From Holothuria leucospilota (lineage: Eukaryota), in assembly GCA_029531755.1 (NCBI GenBank), contig CM055964.1, positions 36,034,802 through 36,098,801 of the forward strand: a stretch of 64,000 bases of DNA, read 5' to 3'. Below the pieces are notes generated by a model, which worked only from the letters and a program-made list of their open reading frames with translations, made no database searches and was not told the origin of the DNA. This document shows, one piece after another, positions 26,983 through 39,309 of the stretch; position 1 is the first letter of the stretch, and each line of letters begins with the position of its first letter. Both the position numbers and the translations under genes were made by a program.

Positions 26983-27137
26983 TTGACCCTTTTTGAAATA
27001 GTGATTGCAAAGGATTGTGGGATGCAGATTTGGGGTCATTTTTGTCGATTGATGGCAATTTACTGTGGGCAAAAATGGCACCCACCAAACTCTATCCTAT
27101 ATTTCTTTGTAATCACTATTTGGAAAAAAGGAGTCTA
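26983..27137. mobile_element. MITE family A copy 4, diverged (MVP intron 7).
   Basis: gaccctttttgaaatagtgattgcaaaggattgtgggatgcag ... ctctatcctatatttctttgtaatcactatttggaaaaaaggagtcta. Confidence 0.6.
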
Positions 27138-27474
27138 TAGTTGAGAGATGGGCATTGTTTCCATGGAGATAAAACATAATGCTGAAGATTTGTCATAAGA
27201 AGCTGATTGTAACCATCATTGTGCAATGCACAATTTCATTTATGCATGAGGCAGAAAGGTCAAATGTCCAATCACACAAAATGTAAAATAACTTTTGTAC
27301 AAAGTATGAATTCAGCAATATTACCATTCTGTGAGTTTTACAATATTGATATTGAATACGATCATCGACCACTAGTTGCCAAGCACTGACTAAATTTCAC
27401 ATACTTGTTTATCATTTAGTCTGCACTTAACAGTACTGAAAGACTACAACAAGTTCAAAGATTTCAGAACTAAC

Positions 27475-27627
27475 TTTTCCTGTCTTTGTATCTCTCACAT
27501 AGATACCCTCGTTCTCATCCAGAGGAATGGCTTTTCGTTTGCAGACTACTTCAACTTCCACAGGGGGAACATACTCCTTTGGGCCACGGATCATCCAGCG
27601 GTCACCAGGCTGACGCCGTTTGTCCTC
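27475..27627 (-). CDS. MVP: Major vault protein, coding exon 7 (153 nt).
   Basis: Acceptor cattacag|G and donor GTTAGT. Translation [51 protein letters not shown] matches human [44 protein letters not shown]. Confidence 0.9.
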
Positions 27628-28721
27628 CTGTAATGGAGACAAAATACCTCAGCTGGTGAATGAGAGTTAAATAGATCTGATTTAACTTGAAAGACAACTG
27701 TAATACATAACATTGCAGAAAAGCTGCAGTTATTTTTTAGTTTATTTGGCCTATGCTATCTAGCTGGAACAAGAACTGCAGAGAATTTGTTCCGTATCAT
27801 GCTTGAGATACTGTACAATTAGAACCTCAAGTTAGAATTGAGTAATGTAAGCTAATAACTGTAGGAGAATTTCACTGTTTTCACCATTGTCAAAGCACCT
27901 CCACAACTTCATTATTTCTAGCAAGAAACTTAACTCTCCCTCCATCAGCACTCTCACCCATCCTAACTTAGGATAGGTGAGAGTACTGGAAGAGTTTCCT
28001 GGTGTACACAAAAAAAGTTCTGTGACAAATTACCCCTTTTTGGTGTTCTGACAAATACACAAAGCCTTTGCATGGAGTAGTGACAAATCGTGCACTACAT
28101 TTTAATAGTACATTCAACAGTAGACCAGACAAGTTTTGCTTGATAATATGGAGCTGTCCAGGGTGGGAAGTGTCCCATGGGGGGTTGTCAACGGGGCAAC
28201 ATTCCTTATGGGACTTTTCGGGGGGAGAGGGAGGAGGGAGGTATGGAAACCTATAAAAATAAAAGTCGTCCATGCATAAATTCAAAAGAAGTCCCATAGT
28301 CTTTGTAAAGTTCCCTGACTTTTATTAGCCCAAAAGTGAAAAATACACAAAACACACCTGCCGTACATAGTATAATTGTGGACAGATTATAAGGCACTTT
28401 TAAGGCCAAGAAGAGGATGTTAATGTTGTTCAAGACAAAACCACATGTAAGAATGCTTCTTACACTCCAGGCTGATCTAAAATGGAATGATTTATATATC
28501 TTCTAAAATAAACACAGTTTCTTGGCACAATTTGTAGGTACGGCAGTGTCTTTGTTTACCCCCAGTTTATCAAGATCTGCACATGCTCAGTCGATATTGC
28601 GAAAAAACCTATTTACAAAACTTCATTAACTTTAGGGTCACTCAATGACTACTACACTAGTACCTCAAACTTTATTGGTGTCAAGAATATTAGGGTTTGA
28701 GCAAATAAATGTAATCCTTAC

Positions 28722-28847
28722 TGCTTGGTCATCAATAAAGGCTTCCTGAGCTCTCAAAATGAGACCCTCATCTTCTCCCAACACGTACACATCCTGGATA
28801 CCTTTCTCAAGCTTCTCTCCAGGTTGAAGAAAGAAAGATTTCTCACC
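28722..28847 (-). CDS. MVP: Major vault protein, coding exon 6 (126 nt).
   Basis: Acceptor ctacag|G and donor GTAAGG. Translation [42 protein letters not shown] matches human [41 protein letters not shown]. Confidence 0.9.
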
Positions 28848-29203
28848 CTGTAGAACAACAAAACCAGTACAAGAAATGCTGAGGCATTATGCTAACATGA
28901 GCAGAGACTGACATTATGAATTCAGAGAGAACTGAGATGCAAAGAGAAGGAAGATGAGACAGAAGGAAGAAGCGAGTAAACAAAATTTGTTTTCTTTTTC
29001 TTTTTAGGTGTAAGAAAGACTAGCATTTTACACATCATAGCCTGTAAAATGATTTCCTTTCTTCATCATCTTCCACTGGTCCTACCAGCCTATAAAAAAC
29101 CTCTCCTCTGCAACATGATCTTCATCCTGTATTCTTGTTTCTTATGTGATCGGTTAAAACAACTACTGATATTAACTAATCAAATTTAATATTTAATACT
29201 GAC

Positions 29204-29314
29204 CTTCACCAGTTTCTTCTGACCAAGCTGAGGCTTCCCATCCTCTCCAACTGGATCCAAGATAACACAGTATTGGCGATTGGTCAAAGTTGTAATCTTG
29301 ATGAGACCAATGAC
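29204..29314 (-). CDS. MVP: Major vault protein, coding exon 5 (111 nt).
   Basis: Acceptor taccag|G and donor GTCAGT. Translation [37 protein letters not shown] matches human [37 protein letters not shown]. Confidence 0.9.
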
Positions 29315-29635
29315 CTGGTAGGGGAACCAAAAGTGACGTGCAACGGTACCAAACATGAATATTCATTCTAAAACATCAATCTTGTATCTAGCATTTCAGA
29401 ATGATTTCCATTTGATATCCAACACTCTACCAGATATTATAGCCTTACCTAAAACGTTCGTATTTTGTTTGAAACATTGCAGATTCATCATCAAATTACG
29501 CACACAATGGTATCCTGGCAACCATCTTGGCAAGCCTAAATTTGTCCGACAACCCTTTTGGTCACCTAATCTTCTGTCTATATGTATAGAAACCTGTAGA
29601 TGAACTTCAAAAATATGACAAGCTTTTGACCATAC

Positions 29636-29761
29636 CTCCTCATGTACATTGGGGATATGAGCATCTGTATCTTCCATGGTAATCAGCCATTCCTCACCGT
29701 TCTTGCGAACAGTACCCTTATCGTCCTTAAATGTCCTCGAGGCTTGCATGTGGAGAGCATC
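29636..29761 (-). CDS. MVP: Major vault protein, coding exon 4 (126 nt).
   Basis: Acceptor tttag|G and donor GTATGG. Translation [42 protein letters not shown] matches human [42 protein letters not shown]. Confidence 0.9.
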
Positions 29762-30322
29762 CTAAAGTAAACAAAAATGTTGCATCTGAAATTTCAATAT
29801 CCTCAGAAGATTTTAGCAAGTAGTTAAAATAACATACTGCCTGCCATATCACAGAAACTTCCACATTTCACTTAGGTTCTACTGGCATTTAATAGTTAAT
29901 GTCAACGTAACCAGCAGAAGCTTGAGTGTATCGGAGAGTCCACATTCACAGCCTGGAAGAAGGTCTCTAAGTGAAAGCCCAAATATTTTCAATTTAGACA
30001 ATTCTTAGAAGTAAAAAAGTACAAAAGTTAACTTAATACACTGACATCAATGATACTGAAGTCTGATACTGAAGTAGGTATCTGATGGACGATTTTTCTT
30101 TTTTTTAGCAATGCAACAAACTTTGACCTTGAGTGTTATAATTGATCTGAGCACTCTGTTTAAGCAGTTCTGCCATGTGAATTTTACTTCATGATTTCTG
30201 ACTTTTCTAAAATGGCTGAAAAATACATCTACAAGTAAGATAGTAAATACTGATCTTTTACACTGCACAGTGTGGATTACCATGTAAAGGCAAAAAAAAA
30301 ACCCCTACTGACAGCAGCTTAC

Positions 30323-30673
30323 CTTGTCTGTCAGGACAAAGGCATTAACCACACCCACAACTTCCTCATAAGCCCCAGGCAGGTAAGCTCCCACCTTCTT
30401 AACTAGCCACTCCTCTCCCGTCACCCTGTCTTCACCACTTCGGTCCTTTGTCTCCTTGCGGGCCCTAAGTTTGATGGCCTGGTTGGGCTTGATTACCGTG
30501 GCCCTGACTGTTTCATCAACAATGACTTCCTTTCGGGGAATGTAGGTCCCTGGTCCCTCAAACAGCCACTCATCTCCAGCTACGTACTTCTTCTTGTCTT
30601 CATCTTCGAAGTCAAGTACAGCCCTCAAGCGAAGCGCTGAATTGGCAGGCACAACTTTCAAAGGAGTAATTTG
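30323..30673 (-). CDS. MVP: Major vault protein, coding exon 3 (351 nt, phase 0).
   Basis: Acceptor ttcag at 30675-30674 and donor GTAAGC after AAG at 30325-30323. Translation [117 protein letters not shown] carries the hallmark MVP repeat motifs ([27 protein letters not shown]). Confidence 0.92.
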
Positions 30674-31460
30674 CTGAATGAGTGAGAAACAGCAGTTTCA
30701 AAACAGGTGAACATTATGCACATACCAGGGTTGTAATAGTCTCCAATTTTTTTCTTCATGATTCAATAAAGCGAGACAAATACAAAATAAAATCATGAGT
30801 ATTCAAGGAACAATCCCCAACCTCAATTTCAATGGCCTGAGTTTGGCTTTGAAAACCACATGATCCATGCCAGAGGTACCGCTTTTTTCAGATGAAACTT
30901 AACATTGCCACTGACAGAGTTACCCTTTAAAACTTTTTTTGCAAATTTCCAAAAGTGCTCGTCCTTTAAATCATAAACCAATGTACAAGAGGTTATTTGA
31001 GGACTTCCAAGTGAGTCCTACAGAGAAAACAAAATGATGGTTTGATTTTATCAACTGACTCTTTGGCCATGGATGGAGGGGGTAATATTCGAAGATACAA
31101 AACTTAAAAACCAGGAAGTTCAAGGTTTGATCCCGAGCCAGGTAAAAGTAACGCCTGCTTTTCATTCATTGACAGTCTACTGCTTTCCCATCTAAAATGG
31201 CTTTCTTACCTGAAAAGATTAAAGTTTTGAGTTGAAACAGAACTGGAAGCTACCCAACAAAGAGGTGTAATCCATTATGTCCTTGCTAGCTTCTTTCACA
31301 TTTGTGATTGCCATGCACCCCATGTCTCCCTGCCTCCCCTCAAAAACCAACTGACCCACTGCTAAGGGTCAAAATGAAGAAAAAAAAGTGTCTTCAGGTT
31401 TGATGTGGTACAAGAGGTCCACTCTGAAAATGTCAAAATGAGCATGGGGTGAGTACTTAC

Positions 31461-31656
31461 CTGTCTGAGTGTTTCCCCAGGGTAGAGAGGAAATGGATCC
31501 TGTGTAAACCTAATCTCCTGGTCAGCATGACAAAGCTTGACCTGACCATTCCGGTCAACCACCACATCACTGTTTGCATCTCGCAGAGCAGGGTTCTCTA
31601 TGATACAGTAATGTCTTGGTGGTATCGTGATCATATTTTGGGGGTTGAAGAGGACC
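31461..31656 (-). CDS. MVP: Major vault protein, coding exon 2.
   Basis: Acceptor cag at 31659-31657 and donor GTAAGT at 31460-31455. Translation (R)[65 protein letters not shown] aligns to human [26 protein letters not shown]...[25 protein letters not shown]. Confidence 0.88.
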
Positions 31657-31886
31657 CTGCGTTGAGAAAAAAAGAAAACATCGTTTCAAACACAATCTCA
31701 TTGCTCTTTATTACAGTTACATAATCATCATGGTAGTGCCAGCAAGTTGGATCTCATTCAGAAGCATTACTACAGTTAGTGCAGGGTTCTCCACTGGTCT
31801 GTTTTCTGTCCGGGGGCTCTTGTGATCGCCTTGAGGGGTCTAAGGGTAGGGGGACATGGGGAGGGGGTGTCCCCTCCCCTTAAACC

Positions 31887-31906
31887 CCCTAACCCTAACC
31901 CTAACC
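31887..31906. repeat. Interstitial telomeric repeat (CCCTAA)3 flanked by inverted G-rich palindromic arms (gggggacatgggg ... ccccatgtcccc), in MVP intron 1.
   Basis: ccctaaccctaaccctaacc lies within gggtagggggacatggggagggggtgtcccctccccttaaaccccctaaccctaaccctaaccccatgtccccttcccc. Confidence 0.85.
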
Positions 31907-33037
31907 CCATGTCCCCTTCCCCTTTGGGAAAATTTTGACAATTTAGGGGGGCTTAGATTGCAAATGGTGCAATTCTACGGCCTTGTTCTTAGCCTTCCCT
32001 ATGTGTTTAAATCTGGGCATTTTGTGGGCATTTTTTTTTTGCACATTGCATTTTCTTAATATCTTTGACTTTACTTGCAGATCTGAAGCTCTAGTTTCCA
32101 CTTGGACGTATTCAAGAATGTAATAGTTCACTTTAATGTAAATTTCGGGTGAAAATCGGGAAACCTAGGGGACAAAACAGCTAGTGGAGAACACTGTTAG
32201 TGATAAAGGAACAAGGCAGAGAGAAAAAAGGGGGGGGGGGTGTGTTGGTGACAACTATTCTGACACCAGCATAAGTATTTCATTATCCCAACATCAAGTT
32301 GAAGTCATGAGGCCATAGTGTTTGACCCAACATCTACGATGTGGACTGTATGATTGATGCTGAGTAAATGAATATTTGAATCCTATCCTTCATTTGGCAT
32401 TACTTAAATTCTTTTACTTCCTTGTTAATGTCCCTCCCCACTCTACACTCTTTCCCCCTTCCCATCATACTGATGTTTTAAAAGCTTTTTACATTATGCC
32501 CTTTTAATTTTTTTTCACCAATATGTCACAACTACATGCCACGTTTTTAGAATATGACCAACATTTAATATAATTACTGTACAGCTATGGCAGCTGGGCC
32601 CCATTTCATGAAGAGTTATACTCTATCTCATGTTTGATCTATCATAAAATAGTACTATTGAAATGGTTTGAATCAACAGGTGGGGTACAACGGAGGGGGG
32701 ATGTTCCCCACTTCTGAAAGTGCAGAGGATTTATCCCCTCAACTTCTTTCCAAAACCCAAATGAAAATAGCAGGCACATGTGTTTGATTCCATAGCTTGC
32801 AATATGAATTCAATGGAATCAAACTTTATAATGATGGAAATGCCATTTAAATTAAAATTATAAATTTAAATTGTGGGGAATTGATTCAGATGGATTACAC
32901 CACAGATCATCTCGCCTCCAACTTTTTCCACGGACCTTGAGGGAGCCCTGGATACCTCTCTTCTAGGGTTTTGCTAAATTCGCACTTAGAAATAGTTCTG
33001 CTTAAGCCCATGACCCCTCCCCCCCCCACTTTTTAGA

Positions 33038-33330
33038 GGGTGCTGACCAGGGATGTAGCTAGCCAAATTTGAGTGCCGGGTAAAAGTCTGATCTGGGGAA
33101 AGCACCTCACCCCACTCCATGGCATCTACCACATTTTTCAGCCATTAAATTTTCATTTTTCCCTCATTTTACTTTAGGGAGTAAATTTAGGGCTAGTTTT
33201 AGGTCCTGGTTGGCAGATTTGTGGTGGGCGGGGAGACGTGTGTTTGCCTGGAGTGCCGGGTGGAAATATCAAGCGCTGGGTGTGGCTGCCCAGCGCCGCC
33301 CACCGTAGCTACATCCATGGTGCTGACACC
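33038..33330. mobile_element. MITE-like element of about 290 bp with TIRs GGTGCTGACCAGGGATGTAGCTAGCC / CCGTAGCTACATCCATGGTGCTGACACC (MVP intron 1).
   Basis: Imperfect inverted termini, with internal repeats of gagtgccggg. Confidence 0.5.
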
Positions 33331-34059
33331 TTGACTGAAATCAAACTTAAGAACATCAACCCTCCATGAAACTGGGACCTGGCTCTCCATGGAACAGAGA
33401 CCTGGTCACATATTATCTCTCTCCCCCCCCCCCCACACCACTATCTGTGATACTTCAGACCATGTGTGTGTCGATTGTTCTTGAGAGTGATATGTCCAGG
33501 GTGCTGGGGCTCCTTGCATCTTGTTCTGTTCATTTTAAGAGCCCCCTTCCATGTACGATAATCATAACATGATAACAGGATAATGGAATTTGTCACATTT
33601 TAGCCCCCTGGTTACTTTATCAGGAAGTACACTGCACATGAGAAATCAGTAATATGACATTCTGTGAACTGCTGCCAACCTTACAGTAGTTTTATTTGTG
33701 TAAAAGGATAAAATGAATATTCTTAACTACAGTAGGTGGTACACTACGTTAATTTTCCATTGTGAATATGACACAGTTCTTGTCACCTCAAAAGTAGCTC
33801 ACAGTTGATGCAAGACTAGTTCCAGGTCTACTCAAAAAGTTCCAGGGACCAAAAGCTACTGCAGCTCTCATTAAATTCACCCCAATCAATTTACATGCCC
33901 CTACAAAACAAGTTGAAAGCAAAGGCAACAATCTACCATCAACATTATGATGGATGACTATCAAATGTTTGACTTATTCATAAGATTACTGATTGATTAA
34001 TAGCCTGGTTTTGAAGAGGAACATACAATTCTCCAACTCATAACCTAGATGTACCCATA

Positions 34060-34480
34060 ATTTGACTATCACTAAAGAAAAATATTTGCCACAGTTAAAG
34101 GCTAGCCTACTTGGTTTAATCCAGACTCCAAAATTTGCCATCAGTATTATGGTGGATAATTACCTAGCTTATAAATCAGTTGCTACATGTGCAAACAGAA
34201 CGAATGTGCAGGCTAACATTAGAAAAAGAATTCTTCAACTGATGACCGTCAGATTAGATGTATATACTAGAGGTCTGACTGTCAGTAAAGAAAATATTTG
34301 TCACAGTTAATGCTCTTTTCAAAGATCTAATTTTAGTATAAATATGCCTTCACATAAGTGGCTAATTATTAATGGAAGACTGCAAATCAGTTTGCACACA
34401 GACAGCATGATTTCCAGAGAAATATAAGACGAGGAATTTTTTAACTGATGACCACAAGATTAGATACACCTATATTTTTG
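34060..34480. repeat. Two tandem copies of a family of units of about 205 bp (..tatcactaaagaaaaatatttg.cacagttaa...caaacag.a...aattcttcaactgatgacc..agattagatgta..) in MVP intron 1.
   Basis: Direct self-similarity between 34060-34265 and 34265-34470. Further copies lie at 35960-36070 (partial), 36430-36640, 36640-36860 and 41695-41830. Confidence 0.8.
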
Positions 34481-36082
34481 ATCGTTACTAAAACAGTAGT
34501 CATAGCTAATGATCATGTCAGAGGAATTCTCTGTCTCAGATAGGCTTCAGTAAATCTCTAAATAATTCCTTTTGTTATGTAAATAAGATTTCAAGTCAGT
34601 ATAATCTTCCATTACCTTTGCTCTTCATCAACTAATATTGTGAATGATGAGAACTTCCATCATTGAGCCAATTCATAGCATGACTGTGTTGTAGTTTAGT
34701 GCATGAACTCCCTGTGTGCCCTCATTTTATCATTGTGTCATGCTTCCTTAATGAGAGAAACGGACATACAAGATCCATTGAGATGGCTGTGGGGGGTGAA
34801 ACCAGCACTAGTCAGGATACCTGCTGCAGGGTTAGTGAACAAGTGGACAATGATGTGGTTTGAATTTTATGCAATTATATTTCAGCATATAACATCCTTC
34901 AAATGATCATGGCTGTGAGAACTTCCTTGCTTCTTTTAATGAATATTCATTTCATGTCTAAGTCCCACTATTCAAAGTGAGGTGGACTCCCTAACATCAA
35001 GGGGAACGTGTAAAGTGAGAAAACCTAAAGAAAGCACAATCACTTTAGCGCTGGATAACCCGATGTCAGCTCCTACAGATTAAAGTGACCTTGTGTCTGT
35101 TTCTATGTTTAGGTGCCTATGATGGTTTGGTCAAGTACAGTGAGGTGGGACTTGACCCTTGGTTAAATTATGTGATATAGTAACTAGTGTCACTGCAGAG
35201 TGAGGACAATCACTGGAGGAAAGGCAGACCCTCACACTCATGTAAGGAGGTTCTTATGGTACTGTATCTCAGTCAGTTAGATGAGATTTAACGACACACC
35301 AACATGAATGTGTTATAGTGTCAACTAGATAAAAAGGTAAAGTTTAAATGTGGTCTAAAATACAGTACAAGTCCTTCCCTTTACAGTAGTTGCCTCTTAT
35401 GACAGGCCAGAAATACCGTGGTATCTCAGTCGTCAATGATGAGTTGGAAACACCAAAGAAGCCCTTGACCATGGTTTTGACCCTTGGAACCCCTTTTGGG
35501 ATCAAACCCCCAGACCCCAGTGATGATTTCTTCCATCTCGCTTGCACAATGTAAGCTCGACACTGGAGAGAGAATCACTTCTCTCTGCTGATAACACCCT
35601 AGTTAGAGTTAAATGGAAGTGTGTACTTAAAACTTGGTCAAACCCACTAAGTGGGTGGAGCCAGTGCAGTAACTGGGTATGTTGGGTGCGTGTTACCATT
35701 GCAATGTTCACTTCGATGACTGACAAACATACAGTACAGTATGAAAGACAACATCGTAATTGCTTCTGCATGTGTGACCAGATATGATGACAAAACAATC
35801 ATGATGTTGCGTACACATGTGAAAATCCTGTTCGTTTAGTTGCACAATTGGGGGATGATAATTCCAATGATGAGAATATGCACGTATGACTGAGGCATAA
35901 ATAGGTTACACTTTAAATCTGAAATTATTGGTCCTCACTATTTTGATGGATGGTTATTGATTATAAACTGATTAAAAACAGTTACATGTGTACACAGTCA
36001 AAGATTGCAGAGGAACATATGACCATGAATTCTTAAACTGATGACCAACATAAGATTAGATGTACTGTGCAGAAACAGTACC

Positions 36083-36420
36083 AGGGTTTCTGCCAAAGGG
36101 GGGAAAGGGGGGGATTTGTCCCCCCCTTTCCAGAAGAAGGTGGGTAAAATCCCCCCCTTTTCATTTCCATAAAAATTAAAAAATTGTCCATATCTTGGTT
36201 TCTTACTTAAGAAAAGGGGACCTTTGCAGCAATGTTTGGACTTTCATAAGTAAATGGCCTTTAAAACCCTTCAAAATGCACCTTATAGGGGTCTTGAAGC
36301 AAGCTTTTGTCCCCCTGAACCCACTTGTAACTTTAGCCAGGGACAGCATCAGTTTGGACTAGGGGTTTAGGAGCAATTAATCCCCCCCTTTTTTGCATTT
36401 CTGGCGGAATCCCTGAGTAC
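36083..36420. mobile_element. MITE-like element of about 340 bp with TIRs CAGTACCAGGGTTTCTGCC / GGCGGAATCCCTGAGTACTG (MVP intron 1).
   Basis: Inverted termini beginning with CAGTAC (Tc1/mariner-like). The interior is rich in G/C homopolymer palindromes (gggggggatttgtcccccc). Confidence 0.45.
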
Positions 36421-36429
36421 TGTATGTTT

Positions 36430-36860
36430 GACTATCACCAAAGGAAATATTTGTTACAGTTAAACATTGCCATCTTTAATTGGTTTTAGTCTACAACTTC
36501 CCATCAGTATAATGATGAATGATGAATAGTTATTATTGATTATAAATCAGTTCATGCGCAAACAGCACAATTTTCCAAAGGAACACAAAACAAAAAATTC
36601 TTCAACCGATGACTACCAATAGATGTACTGTACTGTACCTGCTGGCTTGACTGTCATTGGAAAAGAGGTTACTGTTGTCAAACTCAAAAACAATGATAGC
36701 CTCACTTGGTTTAATTTTTAAGTCTACAATTTGGCTTACGTATTATGACAGCTGATTGTTTAAGTATTGATTAAAGAGTCCATGTACAAACAGTACAAGT
36801 TTTAGAGAAACAAAACAAAACAAACTCTTCAACTGATGGTCATTATAAGATAACTGTACG
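36430..36860. repeat. Two more tandem copies of the same family of units of about 205 bp.
   Basis: ..ctatcaccaaaggaaatatttgttacagttaaacattgcc...caaacagcacaattttccaaaggaacacaaaacaaaaaattcttcaaccgatgactaccaatagatgtactg.. and the following unit. Confidence 0.8.
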
Positions 36861-39309
36861 TGTATTTGATTTTCACCTATGAAGTAAAATATTTTCCCAG
36901 TCAATCAGCACTCATGTCATGGGCTACGGTAAAATCTATCAATATTCGCTTCTCTTGTGAAAAAAAAGTTGAGTGAATTCTTTCCTTATCCTAAATTCTC
37001 TATACAGTATTTGTTTTTTTTTTTTTTTGGGGGGGGGGGGGTCTGAAATGGTCTGATACCCCTGGACTGCACTAGGCAAGTTTACTTATCTTATACCCTT
37101 CTCTTTTTGTTCTACTACCAGTTAGAACAAGCCAGCTGCCACTTCACTCCCATAATTGGTTTAGTTTACCTGTAACACCTCTAATAACCTCCTGAGTTAA
37201 GAGAGTTAAAACAGTTAAAGTATATTTGTCTTCATCGTTCTCTTTGTTTCCAGTACGAGAGCTCATTTTAAAAGCCCCCATGCTCCTGCTACACTTTCTT
37301 TAAAATGGTTAAATTTCTCAACTTAAATTTGCCTTTAATACACTACGTATGGTATGATCATAGTTAATATACACATCCCTGGTTGGGAAACTCAGGGAAC
37401 TGCACTATGTTGAGATCCTGATTTTCAGTAGTCATGTGACACTAACCATACACAAGGCTGGTTGATTAGCACTCGTAGCACAAGGCGTGACATACACCAC
37501 TATGGAAGTACTACCTACCTACCTCCGAAGTAGTACTTCTGTAGCACTACTTGTGAACCTTTATCAAACGGTAATTATGAAATTTTTTTGTAAAAGTTTG
37601 GTTTTCGTTACTTTTCAGTCTTAAAACCTCCAAACACCGATTGGTATTTGCTTTAGAGTTACCGCTATAGTTAGTAGCCTACCTACTACATTACCAACTT
37701 CACCGATAAAACCTCCGCAATTGTCAACAGACCAAAATAGGGAAGCTAAATTTTTCAGGGCAAAAAATAGCAAGATAAGTGGAAAATTAGAGAGACTGGT
37801 AGATTTTCATCTAAATATAGCCTTGTATTGCCAACTCAAATCGATCGTACAGTTGTATACGCCGCGTTATTCGCTACAACTTGTGTATGAATTGAAGCTC
37901 CCTGGTATTTCCACCGTTGCAGCTACTCGTACGCCGTATTGTATGCATATCTCACTGCCCAAGGTGTCGGCATGCAAACTACCAGAGTCTCCCGGTAAAA
38001 CCAGGGGTAAAGTTGGCATGTCTGTGTCAATTTGAGAACGACTCACTTTCTTCCTAAAGAGTGGAATTCAGTGCTTATATCAAGTATATCATGATTGGGT
38101 ATTTTCCCTAGAAATGTAACAGTTAACCGACTTGGTAACGTCAGATAGTGAACCGCCTACCCCCTTTTACTTTCACACGTGATAGTATTTAGCTATAACG
38201 CTATACATCAATGCAAAATTGCAGAGTACGGTAGTCTAATTCTGTTCAAACAAGAAACGTGGGGGTTGTGGGCCATGGTTTTCTTCGTTTATTTGAATGT
38301 TCACAAATACTTACTGATTCGGAAGCTTCCTGAAACCCTTTCATCCCTTGAACCAACTTCAATTTATTTCCAAGAATGGCTGAACAATGCAACACTCAAT
38401 GCAGCCATATTGCTACTCGATCGATCGTGTGCACAGTCAATGCCATGTGATGCACTTTTCTGCACGTCTCAACATAGCTACTCGGCTTGTATGTGGTGTG
38501 TACAGGTTGTACGAAAAGTTTCCTAACCAGGGATGTGTATATTAACTATGGTATGATGAAATCTGTAATTTCTGCCATTATTCAAACTACCCCTGTATGG
38601 TTTTTTAAACATTGCTCCAATAAAGATAGTTCTTGGGAAAACCTATTGTGACACCCAGATGTACTGTACTTATACAATTCATGATTGCTCTACCTCAACA
38701 ACAGGACACAGGACTCCAGGGTATCCACTTATGTGCCCATTATGTCAGACATACTTACCAAATCACATACTGTATGTAAAAGTAATTAAGTTACAGTAAT
38801 CTCACATATCTGGGCTGTGCATAAATTTAGAAGGTGTTCTATAAGTACATACTGAACTACAGTGTACTGTACAGTAGGCCTAAATCATACATCTCAGCAG
38901 ATACTACTGTATCACCCATGATGTAGAGGTCTGAGGGTCGAGAAGTCGGTCAGTCTGGTTTGTTGTCCCTTGGGGACGTAGCTCCTTCGGGGAGCAGAAC
39001 TCCTTCCAGAGTGATGTTTGGTCCCCCCCCCCCGGGCTCTTTGCCAGAGAGTCGAGGGGACTTTTGAAAAAGTACATCTCTGCAGATACTACTGTATCAT
39101 AAGCAATCATTGCAACTCTTGATATATTTGTATGGATCCCCTCTCAGTGGTACATGCCTGAGGTACATACACTGTTTGCTGTGACAGGGGTTCACCATAA
39201 CACATGCCCCGAAATGTCCAACAATGCAAACTGTCATGCTCAAAGACAACAAATTACAGTACATTCTTTAACTACAACAATCAGTGAACTACTTCAAACT
39301 GTAATGTTG

